Below are positions 14,771 to 27,310 of a DNA stretch of 64,000 nucleotides, in pieces. The first letter of the stretch is position 1. Each line of letters opens with the position of its first letter. A program made the position numbers and the translations under genes. The notes below the pieces were generated by a model. It saw only the letters and a program-made list of their open reading frames with translations, had not been told where the DNA came from and did no database searches. The stretch comes from Schmidtea polychroa. Its lineage: Eukaryota. The stretch is from positions 22,632,001 through 22,696,000 of the forward strand of contig CM097885.1 of the NCBI GenBank assembly GCA_044892525.1, in the 5' to 3' direction.

Positions 14771-16993
14771 CCAAATTATGCAATATTAGTCGATTGGAAA
14801 TATTGTCAAGACCTACGTTTTGTCTTTCTATTTAAGTTTTCCATACGAGTTTAAAAACAAATAAATTATAACTTATTTTACTAAAATTTAAAATCAACGG
14901 TTTTTCTATGTGCGTAGAAAGTGTGATGTCAAATTATAAGTTTAATAAATTTTACAAAAATAAGATATTCCAGTATCAAGGAAACTCTCCAAAATACCAA
15001 ACGAAAAGTCTATTAAAATGTTATTCAAAATAAAAAGAAATATGATAATGCTCTGTGATGAAAGAGAGAACTAATTTCCAAATTCAACTTGTTTTGTACG
15101 AAAACTTCCGTAACCATTATCGTCGTCATATTTAGTCGAGTGTGCCTTCTATTTATTGTTTACTTAAGCGAAAAAATCAACTGACGAGAAGACTTGAAAT
15201 AAAAACAAATACAAATATTTATATAATTAAAACACTGTAGTAAACATCAAGATGACCTCTGGTTGCGTGGAAAAATAATTACACAACAGATTCAGACTTA
15301 TATCAGTTAAAGTTTGTGAGAAAAATCTATTTCATAATTTTTGGGGGTTTATCATAATTATGGGGCGGCTTTGTTGCACAAATACACATATGAAAATTTG
15401 GAGACCATATCAAAAATGCCAGCGCAAATCAAAGGAATGTAGTTCCTAAGTCATTATATTGAATATGAATGTGAAATATCAACCTGTAACTGTTCCATAT
15501 GTGCAAAAATGGGTCTTAGGTACTTAGAAATACAAAATTCCACAGAAAGCTTTATTAACGTCATATTTAATAAATGTCGGAAACTTGTGTTATATATGTG
15601 TAATACTGGGTTTAACACGGTTATGAATCACATTAACTTCAATATTATCAATTTGTGCTCAATTTACAGCAATAACATAATTTAATAAATACCTAACTTT
15701 TCAATACTTAACTTATTCTTATGATATAAAGATTGATAAAGATCTTTGAGTATTGAGGTAAGGCATAGCACAAAATCCCGTCAGGAATCATCGGTATAGA
15801 TAATTAAATTAAAAAATATTTATAAATTAAAACTCAATGACATAACATAACAAATATTAAAAATATTAGATAAAATACTTAAACATTTTTACTACACTAA
15901 ATCGGGTTCTGCAGCGAATTCTTCAGAAAAATGAAGCAGAAACATTGTAAAGTTTCAATGGCAATCATAAATGTTTACAATAAAAATTGTTTATTTACAA
16001 GGTGTGTTACCGAACTAATAGATTTGCAAAGACTCCAATCCAATAAAATTATTTCAAAGTCTTGAATTCTATTTCTTTATCCACTCTTCAAACATTGCAG
16101 AAGTCATTCGAGTGAATAAATTTGCAATTTTTGGTGTTTTATTATAACTATATGTATATACTTTCAAATAATATATAAATAAGATTTACTTTTACATTAA
16201 AAACCCAATTAAGGCATCTCAAACTAAAATTGAAAATTTAAATATAATCACCAGGATTCCAATAAAAAATCATGTTGGTGTAACATATTATCAATGTCCT
16301 ACGAATATAATAAAATATGGTCTACTTATCAAAACTCTTTGGATAACAGCTTTAAATATTACAGAAAAAACGTTTATAGTCAAAATAACAGTAAAAACAA
16401 AAACAAAAAATTCGAACCTTTTCTTTGAATTGAATGATTTTTAGTTTGATCGGGATCCTTTCCAAAACAGATGGCTGCTTGATTAACTAAAACACTTTCA
16501 TTATGCATTGATAGGAAATTAAACAAAAAATAATAGAATGTTATACAAAGTAATAATAAAGTAAAATTGTAACCGATAAGGATAAATATATAAAAGAAAT
16601 AAAAGAAAAGTAACGTAACACGAATTATAATCCAAGAGATGCTAATAGTACCCAAAAAGATAAACGATGAATAGGCAAATTTGAAAAAAATACGGGACAT
16701 TTTCAAGAAAATACGGGACATTGTAAATGTTTTCATTAAAGCCGATTTAACCTGAACTTTAACGAATGCTCATGAATCAAATTTAAGTATTTTTAAAACG
16801 CTAAAAAAGTTAAAATTATATATCAAAATTTTAAATTTGATTCACAACTTGTAAAAAACACTAGTACAATGACAATTATGAATACAACAAATTTTTGTTA
16901 GTGCTGGTATTTAGCAGTTTACTTTTACTGATATTAAATATGAAAAATGCTCTTTTTTGAGATTTTATGGTAAAATTTTATGAAAATTGCAAA

Positions 16994-17489
16994 GGGGTTG
17001 CAAATCAAAAATGCCTACTAAGTTTTTCATTCCAATTTTAGTAAATTAATTTTTTTGGTAACTGAGATTGAAAAAAGTTACTACACTAACTACATTTTTG
17101 TAAAAACTGTTTTTTAAGTGTTATGTTGTAGTTCCTTCACGAATAAGACTAAAGTTTTACTTTTTGGACATAAAATAACAATTACTAATGTAATTAAAAG
17201 ATTATTTTTAATGCTGAAAATAGAATTTTTAATTTTTATGAAAATTTTTAATGAAGCTTTTATATTCATAATTGACTATAAACAATTGAAAATTATTAAC
17301 AACACATTAAAAGGCATATTTCAGTATAAAATATTGCAAATTGTGTAAAAAAATTCGAAAAATTGAAATAAAATTACTTTAAGTTAATAATTTTAGTGTA
17401 GTAACTTTTTTCAATCTCAGTTACCAAAAAATTTAATTTGCTAAAATTTGAATGAAAAACTTAGTAGGTATTTTTGATTTGCAACCCCC
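16994..17489. mobile_element. MITE-like element with ~95-bp inverted repeats, nested in a hAT-Blackjack-like relic (~16650-17637)
   Basis: GGGGTTGCAAATCAAAAAT...GTTACTACACTAA inverted at 17393-17489, third partial copy at ~17729-17795; surrounding relic has CGGGACA repeats and ends ATGGTCACCCTA. Confidence 0.65.
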
Positions 17490-19951
17490 TTGGAAAATTG
17501 GCTTAAAGTGGAAGAAAAAGTATAAAAATTCTAAAATTTTGAAAAATGCTAGACAAATTTTGCCAAAAACGGGACACTGGACATTTGATGAAAATACAGG
17601 ATTGTCCCTTGAAAATACCAGCAGATGGTCACCCTAACAATGAATAAACGTGAAATTCCGTTAGAATTCTTTAAATATATTTTAAAATAGACTTTATATA
17701 GTTAATGAATTAGACAACCAATATATATAAGCCAATTTTCCAAGGGGGTCGCAAATCAAAACTACCTACTAAGTTTTTCATTCAAATTTTAGCAACACAT
17801 TACAAGAGGTTAATAAGTTTATTTCTAAAATGCTCAAGTTTGAAATATGTAACATTAACTGGGTTTTTTACTCGAAGATTGTGAACAATTAGCATGAAAT
17901 TGTAGGGACCCGCTGACTTGAAATTCATTTTTGATTGTTAGGAACTTTTGTGTTCATCTTCTCATTAATGGATATTATATGAACAATATCTTTGAGAAGT
18001 AACTTGCTTTATTTCAGAATAACTTCGTAAATATACAACAGGTTGTTATTCGATGGGTCAGAATCTTTATACATTTTTTGGTCAGTATTTTAAATAAATG
18101 ATCAGTACCAAAATATTAAATGTCAGTAAGTAAAATAAATAATCGGTGTAGTTAAAATGAAGTATCAGTAATAATAATTACAATGCCAATTGAAAAGAAA
18201 TCAGTGGTGAAAATTGAAAAAAGTCCTTAAAATATTAACAAATATATATCAGTATTTTTATTTAATAAACAAAAATATGAATTATAAAGAAACCCCAAAA
18301 AGGTATAATACGTTTGTAATTTTTCTAGTTTTATCACAGGTTGGATTTATACTTCTAATTTACAATTGAACGTTCCAAAAGAAGGCGAAAAATGTAAAAT
18401 AAGTATTCTATAATAATAATATCCTTTCGGATATATAGAAGCACAAAACACAATTCCTCTAAGGATTGAAATGAGCATTACTCTTTAAAAGATAATAAAA
18501 TAAAGATAACACTTTATGTTGATAATGTTATTCTTTATTTTCAAAGTCATATTTTTAAGGTTTATTCTTATTTTTTATTCTTTTTTTTACATTTTGAAGG
18601 ATAAACCTAAGGATAAATTTAAAATTCAATAGTAAATCCTCACATATCTTATATAAAACAGGTTTAGTGTAAATAATGTTTCTTTTAACGTTATTTTTAG
18701 CAACACCCTGGGTTCAAGAACACAACAGAAATGTGTTAAACGTGATATGTATGTATAACATTTATTATGAGTTTTTCCGGTATGCATTTCAATGAAAAAG
18801 ATATTTTATTTCTAAAATAGTTGACACTCGATAATTGACATTAAGCTGAAATTTTCCCAAAAGGCAAATAAATCACACTAACTTATTATTGGACTTAACC
18901 GAATCGTTAAAAATAAAATTGCGACAAAAGACAATAGATGAAAATAATAAATTCTAACTTGATATGTAGAGCAGAGGTCTGACAGTAAATTTGACCGTAA
19001 ACGTGCTGCATAAAATAGGATTGATGATATTAAAATACCCATCTTACACACAATTCAACAGATTATTCTCTAGTTTTTTATTTGAAAATCACTTTTAGTA
19101 GGGACGATTTTACATCTGTATAAAGTAACTATGAAACGTGCTTTATTGTAGATTGTAAAAGTTACTTGTCCTTTAAGAAATGGTTGGAATTTAAAAACAA
19201 CCGTTGTAACCATTTGGAATTTTGACAAAAAATCGATGATTAAAAAAATGCACTTTATGTTCTGTGAAATATTGAGGCGAAAATTTAATTGAAAAACTTT
19301 TAGTAATTAATATTGCATGCAAATTAGCTATTATATAAATATAGATCTAACGAAAGACCTATTAGAAATATATTTTAATATTTTCGAACAAGTGAAAAGA
19401 ATAAACTTCCATGCCAATATAGAATATCATATACAAGTCAATTATAAAGTAATAAATGAAAAAAATTACCTTTTTACTAGGCGAAGTTTCCCTGAATAAA
19501 AATATAACAATGAAATCAAACAAAATAAAATAACTAAATGAGTTTTAAAATATAAACATTAGTAACTCAAAATTATAATTTCTATTTTTTATTTTGCCTT
19601 TTTAGAATTTAAAAATTGGGATTTTAATAAAAACTGTTAGAAGCTATAACATTTAATTCTTCTGTCATCAAAATAAATTACTAAGACTATTAAATCCAAA
19701 ATTATATTTCATTAAATCTGATTATATAAACAAATATTCTTGGGACATTTTCTAAATTTTAATTTCAACCAAATATCAACATACCATCGCATTCATACTT
19801 GAATTTCAATTTTATTAAAGATTATTTTATTTTAAAATTTCAATTATCATTTCAATTTTAATATCTTAAAATAATTTAAGTTTCAATTAAAATTTTACAA
19901 ATTTTAATCATGAACTAATTTAATTTAGTATTTTAATTTTAACTCCTCACA

Positions 19952-20970
19952 TCCCCCTTTTTTAAAATGTTTGATCTTCTCAACATTTCTGACTACCATC
20001 TTCCCATTTTGATCTTTAAGTAAGTAGCTCCGTTCATGTATTTTCTTTATCACTTTGTACGGCCCTTCCCACCTTGCATCGTCTTTATTTCGAATTTCTT
20101 GTTTGATCAAAACCAAATCTTCCATTTCAAAATCTCTCACTGTTTTGCTTATTTTTGGTTTTAGTGTTTTATCCTCTATTCTCTTTTCCATATCTTCTCT
20201 ATTTATTTCTTTATTCGAGTACCATTTCATTCTGTCGATTTTCCTCCCAAATATAATCTCTGCTGGCTTACTCCCGTTGTTTTTTGAACTGTTGCATTTA
20301 AAGTATATTCTATTTCTGGCACTATATCAGCCCAGTTTTTCCTTCCTCCTTCATTCAATGACGCGTTAACATACTCTCTGATTGTTCTGAATTGTCTTTC
20401 AATAATACCATTCGTGTTATGGTGATATGGGCTTGAGAAAATTAATTCAATGCCAGCTGCCTTTGCTAGTTCTTTTATACTTCTTGCTTCAAAGTTCTTC
20501 CCACAATCTACATGAAGTTCTTTTGGAGCTCCAAACGGTAATATCCATTTATTTAATAACGTCTCACTAATTGTTTTTTCGTCTTGCTTGTTTATGGCCG
20601 TTAATGAGATGTATTTACTATAGTGGTCAATGATTCCGCAAATATATTTCTTTTTGTTGAATGTTTCTTTCAATGGCCCACATATATCCATATATATCTT
20701 CTCGAATGGTTCTGTACTCTTTATTGTTTGAGTTTCCTCCTTTGTCTTGGTTGTTATCGTTTTCATTTTCTGACATCTTTCGCCGTTCTCAATTACCTTT
20801 TTTACTTCCGTTGCTAAATTTTCCATGTCGCAGTTATTCTGGATATATTTCGTTACTTTCTGTGCACCTGCATGGCACAGCAATACGTGTACTTCTTTTA
20901 TCATCCTCTGTCTATTATCTGACGGTATCCATATTTTACCTTGCTTAGTTAGTACCGTGTTGTTTTCCAT
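19952..20970 (-). pseudogene. Gypsy integrase, frameshifted relative to RT and again near 20230-20260
   Basis: H-x3-H zinc-binding region (one Cys replaced by G), MDICGP, IDHYSKY, HVDCGKNF, NGIIERQFRT, WEGPYKV (GPY/F). Confidence 0.88.
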
Positions 20971-21005
20971 TATGAACTTACAATCTTTATTTTCTAACTT
21001 ATTCT

Positions 21006-22514
21006 TTATTTCTTGGACCTCATATTGTCATTTTGCCACTTGTTATATCCGCCTTCTGCTGTTACTGTTAATATTCTGGTTTTAATTTTGCCGGTTTTTG
21101 GGTCTTCGTGTTCCATCATACACTGTACACATGTTCCGCATGTTTTCCTGGATAGCATATCCGCGTTTGTATGGCTTGTTCCTTTCCTGTATTCCATTTT
21201 AATATCCAGGCTGCTTAAATAGTTGATCCATGTCTGGAATTGAGCAGTTATTGGTTTCTTCGTTGTTACCATAAACGTAATAGCTTTATGGTCCGTTCTC
21301 AGTACGAATCTCTTACCATATAAGTAATGGTTGAAATGTTTACAAAAATAGTATATTGCCAATAATTCTTTTCTGGTAATGCAGTATCCTTTTTCGTGGC
21401 TGCTCATCGCATGTGAACCATATGCAATGACATGTTCATGTCCTTTTTCATCCTTTTGCGAAAGAACTGCTCCAATAGTATCGAAGCTCGCGTCTGTGTC
21501 TAATATAAATTCTTTTCTGAAATCTGGAAATACCAATACTGGGGCGGTTATCAATGCTTCTTTCATTTCCCCGAAAGCCTTTTCACACATCTCTGTCCAT
21601 CTTATTTTCTCATTGTTTTTTCCGCATATGCTTTTTAGTGCTCTTGCCTTCTTTGCATAGTCTTTTATGAACCGTCGATAATAGTTACATATACCCAGAA
21701 AGCTCCTCAGATTCTTTACACATTTTGGCTTTTGAAATGATTGTATTGCTTCTATCTTAGTATTATCTGTTTGTATGCCGTCTTTATTTATTATGTGTCC
21801 CAGAAATTTCACTTCTTTTCTAAATATTTGACATTTTTCGGGGTTCAATCTTAGTCCTGCTGTTGCGATCTTCCCTAGGACTTTTCCAAATATGTTATAA
21901 TGGTCTTCTTCTGTCTTTGTGAATATTAGGATGTCGTCTAAATATACCATCACTCCATCTTTCCACAAATCTTTCAATACTTTCGTCATTAATTCTTGAA
22001 ATGTTCCTGGTGCCGCTGCAATACCGAACGGCATCCTGTTAAAACAGAACTGTCCTTCTTTTGTTGAGAATGCTGTTTTCTCTTGAGATTCTTTATCTAA
22101 CTTCACTTGGTAATAAGCATTTCCCAAGTCGATTGAGCTAAAATATCTGGATCCGTGTAGGATGTCTAAAATTTCATCTACATTTGGCATTGGAAATGCT
22201 TGTCTTTCTGTTATCTTGTTTAATTGTCTGAAGTCTAGACAAAGCCTGATGTCTTTTTTCTCTTTCTTCCATACACAAACTAAAGGTGTGTTCCACGGTG
22301 AATTACACTTCCTAATTATTCCGTTGTTTTCTAGATTTTTTATTGCTTCCTCAATCTTGTCTTCCAAATTTATTGGCTGACGTCTCGGTTTAATCATTAT
22401 TGGCTCTCCTTTCGTGATGATCTTATGTTTTCTCAGATTGGTACACCCAATGTCCCATTTATCTGCCATAAAAACATTCTTGTTTGCCTGAAATATTTCT
22501 TTGGTTGAAATCAA
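21006..22514 (-). CDS. pol: Pol: reverse transcriptase + RNase H (no protease domain)
   Basis: RLCLDFRQLN, MPFGIAAAPGTFQ, VYLDDILI, DTDAS, KELLAI, TDHKA, NADMLSR. Confidence 0.93.
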   Translation of the reverse strand: MISTKEIFQANKNVFMADKWDIGCTNLRKHKIITKGEPIMIKPRRQPINLEDKIEEAIKNLENNGIIRKCNSPWNTPLVCVWKKEKKDIRLCLDFRQLNKITERQAFPMPNVDEILDILHGSRYFSSIDLGNAYYQVKLDKESQEKTAFSTKEGQFCFNRMPFGIAAAPGTFQELMTKVLKDLWKDGVMVYLDDILIFTKTEEDHYNIFGKVLGKIATAGLRLNPEKCQIFRKEVKFLGHIINKDGIQTDNTKIEAIQSFQKPKCVKNLRSFLGICNYYRRFIKDYAKKARALKSICGKNNEKIRWTEMCEKAFGEMKEALITAPVLVFPDFRKEFILDTDASFDTIGAVLSQKDEKGHEHVIAYGSHAMSSHEKGYCITRKELLAIYYFCKHFNHYLYGKRFVLRTDHKAITFMVTTKKPITAQFQTWINYLSSLDIKMEYRKGTSHTNADMLSRKTCGTCVQCMMEHEDPKTGKIKTRILTVTAEGGYNKWQNDNMRSKK

Positions 22515-22520
22515 TATTAC

Positions 22521-23642
22521 TTAGTAAATTGCTCCGATCAATGTCCCGTTTGACGGAGCGTGCTCGTTTGGGTCATTCTCCCTGTTATACTCGTCTAGCT
22601 GGCTTGACTGTTTTGTATTCATCATCTCATCATCAGACTCGATAGCTGCAATATCTTTTCTGTTATATTGTTGGTTTCCCCATTGTCTTTGATGTACGTT
22701 CCTTGATTGATACATATCTTCCCTTTGTTGATAGGTATTTCTTTGAATTCTTCCTCCTGACATCTTCCTTTGGTCTCGATCTCTTCCTTGATTTCGTCTT
22801 TCCATATTTGTGTAGCACTCTCTTTCTTTGTGTCCTCGTGCATTGCATCTATGACATTTGATTGTTGGGCATTCTCTTCGTATGTGACCTTCAACACCAC
22901 ATGCATAACATTGAAATCTTCTTTTTATATTACATTCTCTGCTACTGTGTCCCGGTTTTTGACACGTCCAGCATTCTATCACTTTAATTCTTGTCTCTGG
23001 TTTCCATTCGTTGATTTTTCTCTTCGTGGCTCCAACTTGTACTACATCTCTATAAGTTCTTCCCCCAGTTGTAGGTCGTATTGATCTCACCGTGTTTACT
23101 TGTTCAATAACCTTGTTAACTTTTTCTATCTTCTTTATAGTTTCTTTAATTTGTTCCGCCGTTTTGAGATCTTTCATTTCGATTTCTTTCCTGACTTCTT
23201 TATCTTTTACACAATGTGTCAATAAACATTTCTGAATTTCTTCCTCATTCCAAGTGTGTGAGGCCAATTTTTTAGTCATTTTTGATATTTTCTCTATAAA
23301 TATTTCCGCTGATTCGTTACCTTGCTCGTAGTTCAAGGCTTCTCTTAAGTCATCAATCAATGACGTTGGTCGATGAAAAGCTGCTCTTAATTTCTGTTCA
23401 ACGGTTTTACCTTCTGCGGTTTCATATTCTTCAATCAAAGTCCTGTCCAGAAGTGTAATAACTAGTACCATTTGTGTCTTCACTGGTGTCTTCGTTATTT
23501 CAAAGAACCTCTGACATTCTTTGATAAATAATTCGAGGTCATCTCCTCTGTGGAATTTTTCTGGAAGTAATCTTCCAATAAGCAGATCCGTTGGAATGGT
23601 CGCCATGTTAGAAGCTATAACATTTAATTCTTCTGTCATCAA
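22521..23642 (-). CDS. gag: Gag with three CCHC zinc knuckles
   Basis: CWTCQKPGHSSREC, CYACGVEGHIRREC, CHRCNARGHKEREC. Confidence 0.9.
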   Translation of the reverse strand: MMTEELNVIASNMATIPTDLLIGRLLPEKFHRGDDLELFIKECQRFFEITKTPVKTQMVLVITLLDRTLIEEYETAEGKTVEQKLRAAFHRPTSLIDDLREALNYEQGNESAEIFIEKISKMTKKLASHTWNEEEIQKCLLTHCVKDKEVRKEIEMKDLKTAEQIKETIKKIEKVNKVIEQVNTVRSIRPTTGGRTYRDVVQVGATKRKINEWKPETRIKVIECWTCQKPGHSSRECNIKRRFQCYACGVEGHIRRECPTIKCHRCNARGHKERECYTNMERRNQGRDRDQRKMSGGRIQRNTYQQREDMYQSRNVHQRQWGNQQYNRKDIAAIESDDEMMNTKQSSQLDEYNRENDPNEHAPSNGTLIGAIY

Positions 23643-26600
23643 AATAAATTACTAAGACTATTAAATCCAAAATTATATTTCATTAAATCTGATTATATAA
23701 ACAAATATTCTTGGGACATTTTCTAAATTTTAATTTCAACCAAATATCAACATACCATCGCATTCATACTTGAATTTCAATTTTATTAAAGATTATTTTA
23801 TTTTAAAATTTCAATTATCATTTCAATTTTAATATCTTAAAATAATTTAAGTTTCAATTAAAATTTTACAAATTTTAATCATGAACTAATTTAATTTAGT
23901 ATTTTAATTTTAACTCCTCACAAAAACCATTTTTATAAATGACTTTTTTCAAAATATACACTATTTCCATATTCAATATTCTATAAGCAAACAAATATGT
24001 ACAGTGCTTAATAGTTGCACACATACATTTTAGTGGTGCAGTCAAAACCACGGGGCAAATGGAAAATACATCTGGTTCTATCAACATAATTTAAAGTTAA
24101 TTGTGGTTTGAAATTATTTAACTATAAAAAATGTTACGTGAATATGACATAAATTTTGTCTACTTACAGCTAATTCAATTTGAAAATGGTGTAAAATAAT
24201 TTTAGAAACATGTTTAACATGTCGAATTTTCTCATGAATTATGGGTAGGGTTGTCATATTTCCTAAAATTCCAGGAGTTTACAGGAATTCGACCTAGTAA
24301 GAAGCGTACGTCTGGAATTAAGGAATTTTATGATTCGTAGATAATCGAGTTAAAATTATAATTATACTCCACACTTTTTTAGTGTATAAGCAATATTTCT
24401 TGATAATTTTAGGTTACTTATACCGTATTATGCTGAATTTTTTCTGCAATACAACTTCAATTAACAAGAATGTTAACTAAAGCACAGCAAAATTCAGCTG
24501 GAATACAAAAAATTAGCTTAGTAATGAAAAACAACTGAAATAAATCTTTGTTTCATACAGTTTTTTCGGCAATTTTCCAGAATCTCCCGAAAAGTTCAAG
24601 TCGTTTGGTACATTGAGTGATTATTGGCAAATTATGTTACTATTTAACAATTATATAATGAATAAAATAATTTATAAAAGATATTTTAGGCCTTTGAAGA
24701 ATGTTTAAAGTTTATTAGAAACAAAAGTCAGATTTTTCGACTATGAAATAGTTCTCTTCAATCTACTGCTACCAAGAAATACTCATTTTATATAAATTAA
24801 ATTATTAAAATTCTAAATTAAAACATGGAAATTAACCATTAATTATTTACTCAATTTAGTAATTCCAATTTGTAAGTGATATGGTGTTGAAAATATTTTC
24901 TAAAATGCCGAAACATCACAAAACTTGCAGAAATTTTGCCAAAAGCTTAAAATTATATTATTCCCTCAATTATTCGGAACTATTTTTATAACTCCGAAAC
25001 ATATCTCGATTCGATAAATTATTTTTTCAATATTATTAGTTTCTTATCAATAAATTTCTTCCAATATTCAACGATTAGATATCGCAAAATTAAATCATAG
25101 AAAACTAATCAGAAAAAAATGAAAAATATATTTTCATAAAAGAAATATTTTTGTTATAATCACTTAAAATAATTTTATAATAAATCGTCGGTAGCCCAGT
25201 TATTTATAAAAACATAATTCAAATAAACAGGGAAGCTTTATACGCATTGTTGATTAATTGAAAATTTTCGGCCAAAAATAGATTTTTTCATTCAAATATG
25301 AAATTTAGCTGATCTAAAAAACGAAAGAAGAAAATTAAAAGAAAATATTTCTAAAAAATCTTAAATTTCGTATTTCCGTTTAAGATAGAAAATATTTTAA
25401 TTTTTAACTCAACAAAATATTAACTGTTGATCGTAGCACACTTCTATAAACACGCCCATGAACATTTTCAAAACTGGCGTTCAAAGTCGAAATGTTTTTT
25501 TTTGCATAAATCAATGCTTTTAGCCTGAAGTATTTGTATATGATCTTTTCTGAATCAAATAATATATATATATATATATATATAAATACAATTTTCCTTT
25601 AAAAACAAAGCGCAGAGTTATTCCTTTTATATAAATATTTATATTTAACATTTCATACTTACGTACAACACTTTTACCCTGTTTAGTTATCTGGCTAAAC
25701 ACACTAAAAATTAACTTTTCCTTCTAAGTTTATTTTAAAATATTTTTTTTATTTATAAACAATTTTATTTTCTATAGTCTTTTAGAAGTATATAATTTAT
25801 ATTATATTAAATTAAATTAATATGTTTATAAAATATTTAAAAAAAATTTTTTTACTACGAAATAAAGTTTAATTATTGTATTATCATCGGGGCTACGTAA
25901 GTCTATTGGATGTGGAAGGTCATCAAAATTTGATTATACAATGTAACCTTAACAAACTAACACAGTTACATTTAAAGGAAGCACTATTAAATTATAAATT
26001 AACAATAATAAATTTCAAAGTCATACTAAGAAACGAAAAACATAATAGATCAGATAAACGTTTTATGGTGTAAAGTTACTATTATTTTTCAAATTTTATT
26101 TAAAAAACCCATTGAGCAACAAAAATAATTAAAAGAAATTTAAGAATTATATGAAGTAAAATTCAGCAATTCCCAGTAACAAATAAATGAACCTGAAAAA
26201 GAAAATGAATGTCCACCACTGATTTTGAATACGGAAGACCTTAATTGGTTTAAAGATGAATTTGATAATCAGAATGAACTTGTTCAGCGAACTATATCGG
26301 TACTACCATAGGTAAATATGAGCTCTTTAAGACAAATATAATCCCAATATCAGTGATAAAATTGATTAAGACAATTAAGTTATCATTACTCATGTACTGA
26401 CATGAAAGTTTTACCATAATTCAGTCAATGGAAGTATTTATCGATGAAATATATTTATCTATTTGAGATTAGTATGTTTTTGTTTTTCAATAAAATATAG
26501 TTTATACAATTTCAATTGTTATCGTTGATGTATTTTTGCATCACTAGTTTCTTCAACAATATCAAAACCTTTTAGTAAAATGAAAAAATACAAAAAATGC

Positions 26601-26990
26601 ATGACTACTGTAAAAATAGTGTCTATGTAGTGAATATGACATTGGATTTTGCTCATATCACTGCTTTAAGGACTGCTCCATAGCTGTACTTTTTAATTAC
26701 TGAATTTTGTTTAAATTATTGTGATAAAGAAATGAAATACTTTGAGAAAACCAATCCTTGTACTTGCTTTTTATTTGTCAAATAAGAAATTCAAAGAATA
26801 TATGAGCAAATGTAATTACGCACTTGTTAAAAAGAATAAACATAATTTCTTATTTCAAATTCCCACATATGCAATTGCTACATTTTTAATATTCTATTAA
26901 TTCCTCTTCCAGAAAAATCTCACAGACATACGATTAATGGATAAACAAATGCACTAAAACAAATATAAAACATATTTAAGGGGAAAAATA

Positions 26991-26998
26991 ATGCAAAT
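26991..26998 (+). promoter_or_regulatory. Octamer ATGCAAAT ~200 bp upstream of U1-like start (possible snRNA distal element)
   Basis: Exact octamer at -203 relative to 27194, the spacing typical of vertebrate snRNA DSEs; could be chance in AT-rich DNA. Confidence 0.4.
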
Positions 26999-27193
26999 TG
27001 ATTGCATACTTTACCTGCTATACTGGAAATCACATCACTTGCAAATTAGCTAAATCACAGAAAAAATAATTGCAAACTTGTAAACATGGCGTATGAAAAA
27101 TCATATTTGCCTCTGGAGACACCGTCTATATACAGAAACTGTTTACAAGTGCATTTTTACAAGTATGCAATAGAGTTGAATCAGCAATATTGT

Positions 27194-27310
27194 ATACTTA
27201 CCTGGCGCGAAGAGAAATGTTCGCTTCTCCTGCATAGTACTGATGAGAGCCAAAAGATCGAAACTAGTCTACTATTGGAATTTGCACTAGGTATCACAAA
27301 GCTTGTAATG
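27194..27310 (+). ncRNA. U1 snRNA 5'-headed RNA containing a minimal type I hammerhead ribozyme (27234-27275)
   Basis: ATACTTACCTGGCG start; hairpin GAGAA-ATGTTCGC-TTCTC; then ATAGTA-CTGATGA-GAGC-CAAAA-GATC-GAAA-CTAG-TC-TACTAT; ends at a (TA)n tract. Confidence 0.8.

Larger units (their letters stand above)
19635..23922 (-). mobile_element. Ty3/Gypsy LTR retrotransposon, recent insertion
   Basis: 317-bp TG...CA LTRs at 19635-19951 and 23606-23922, no differences seen by eye; 5-bp TSD AAAAC; PBS TGGCGACC; PPT AAAAAAGGGGGA; order gag-RT-RNaseH-integrase. Confidence 0.97.

Noticed and set aside
20055..23084. Plus-strand ORFs antisense to Gypsy gag/pol (and similar ORFs antisense to polB and integrase)
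   Set aside because: Shadow frames of real coding sequence, with no independent motifs.
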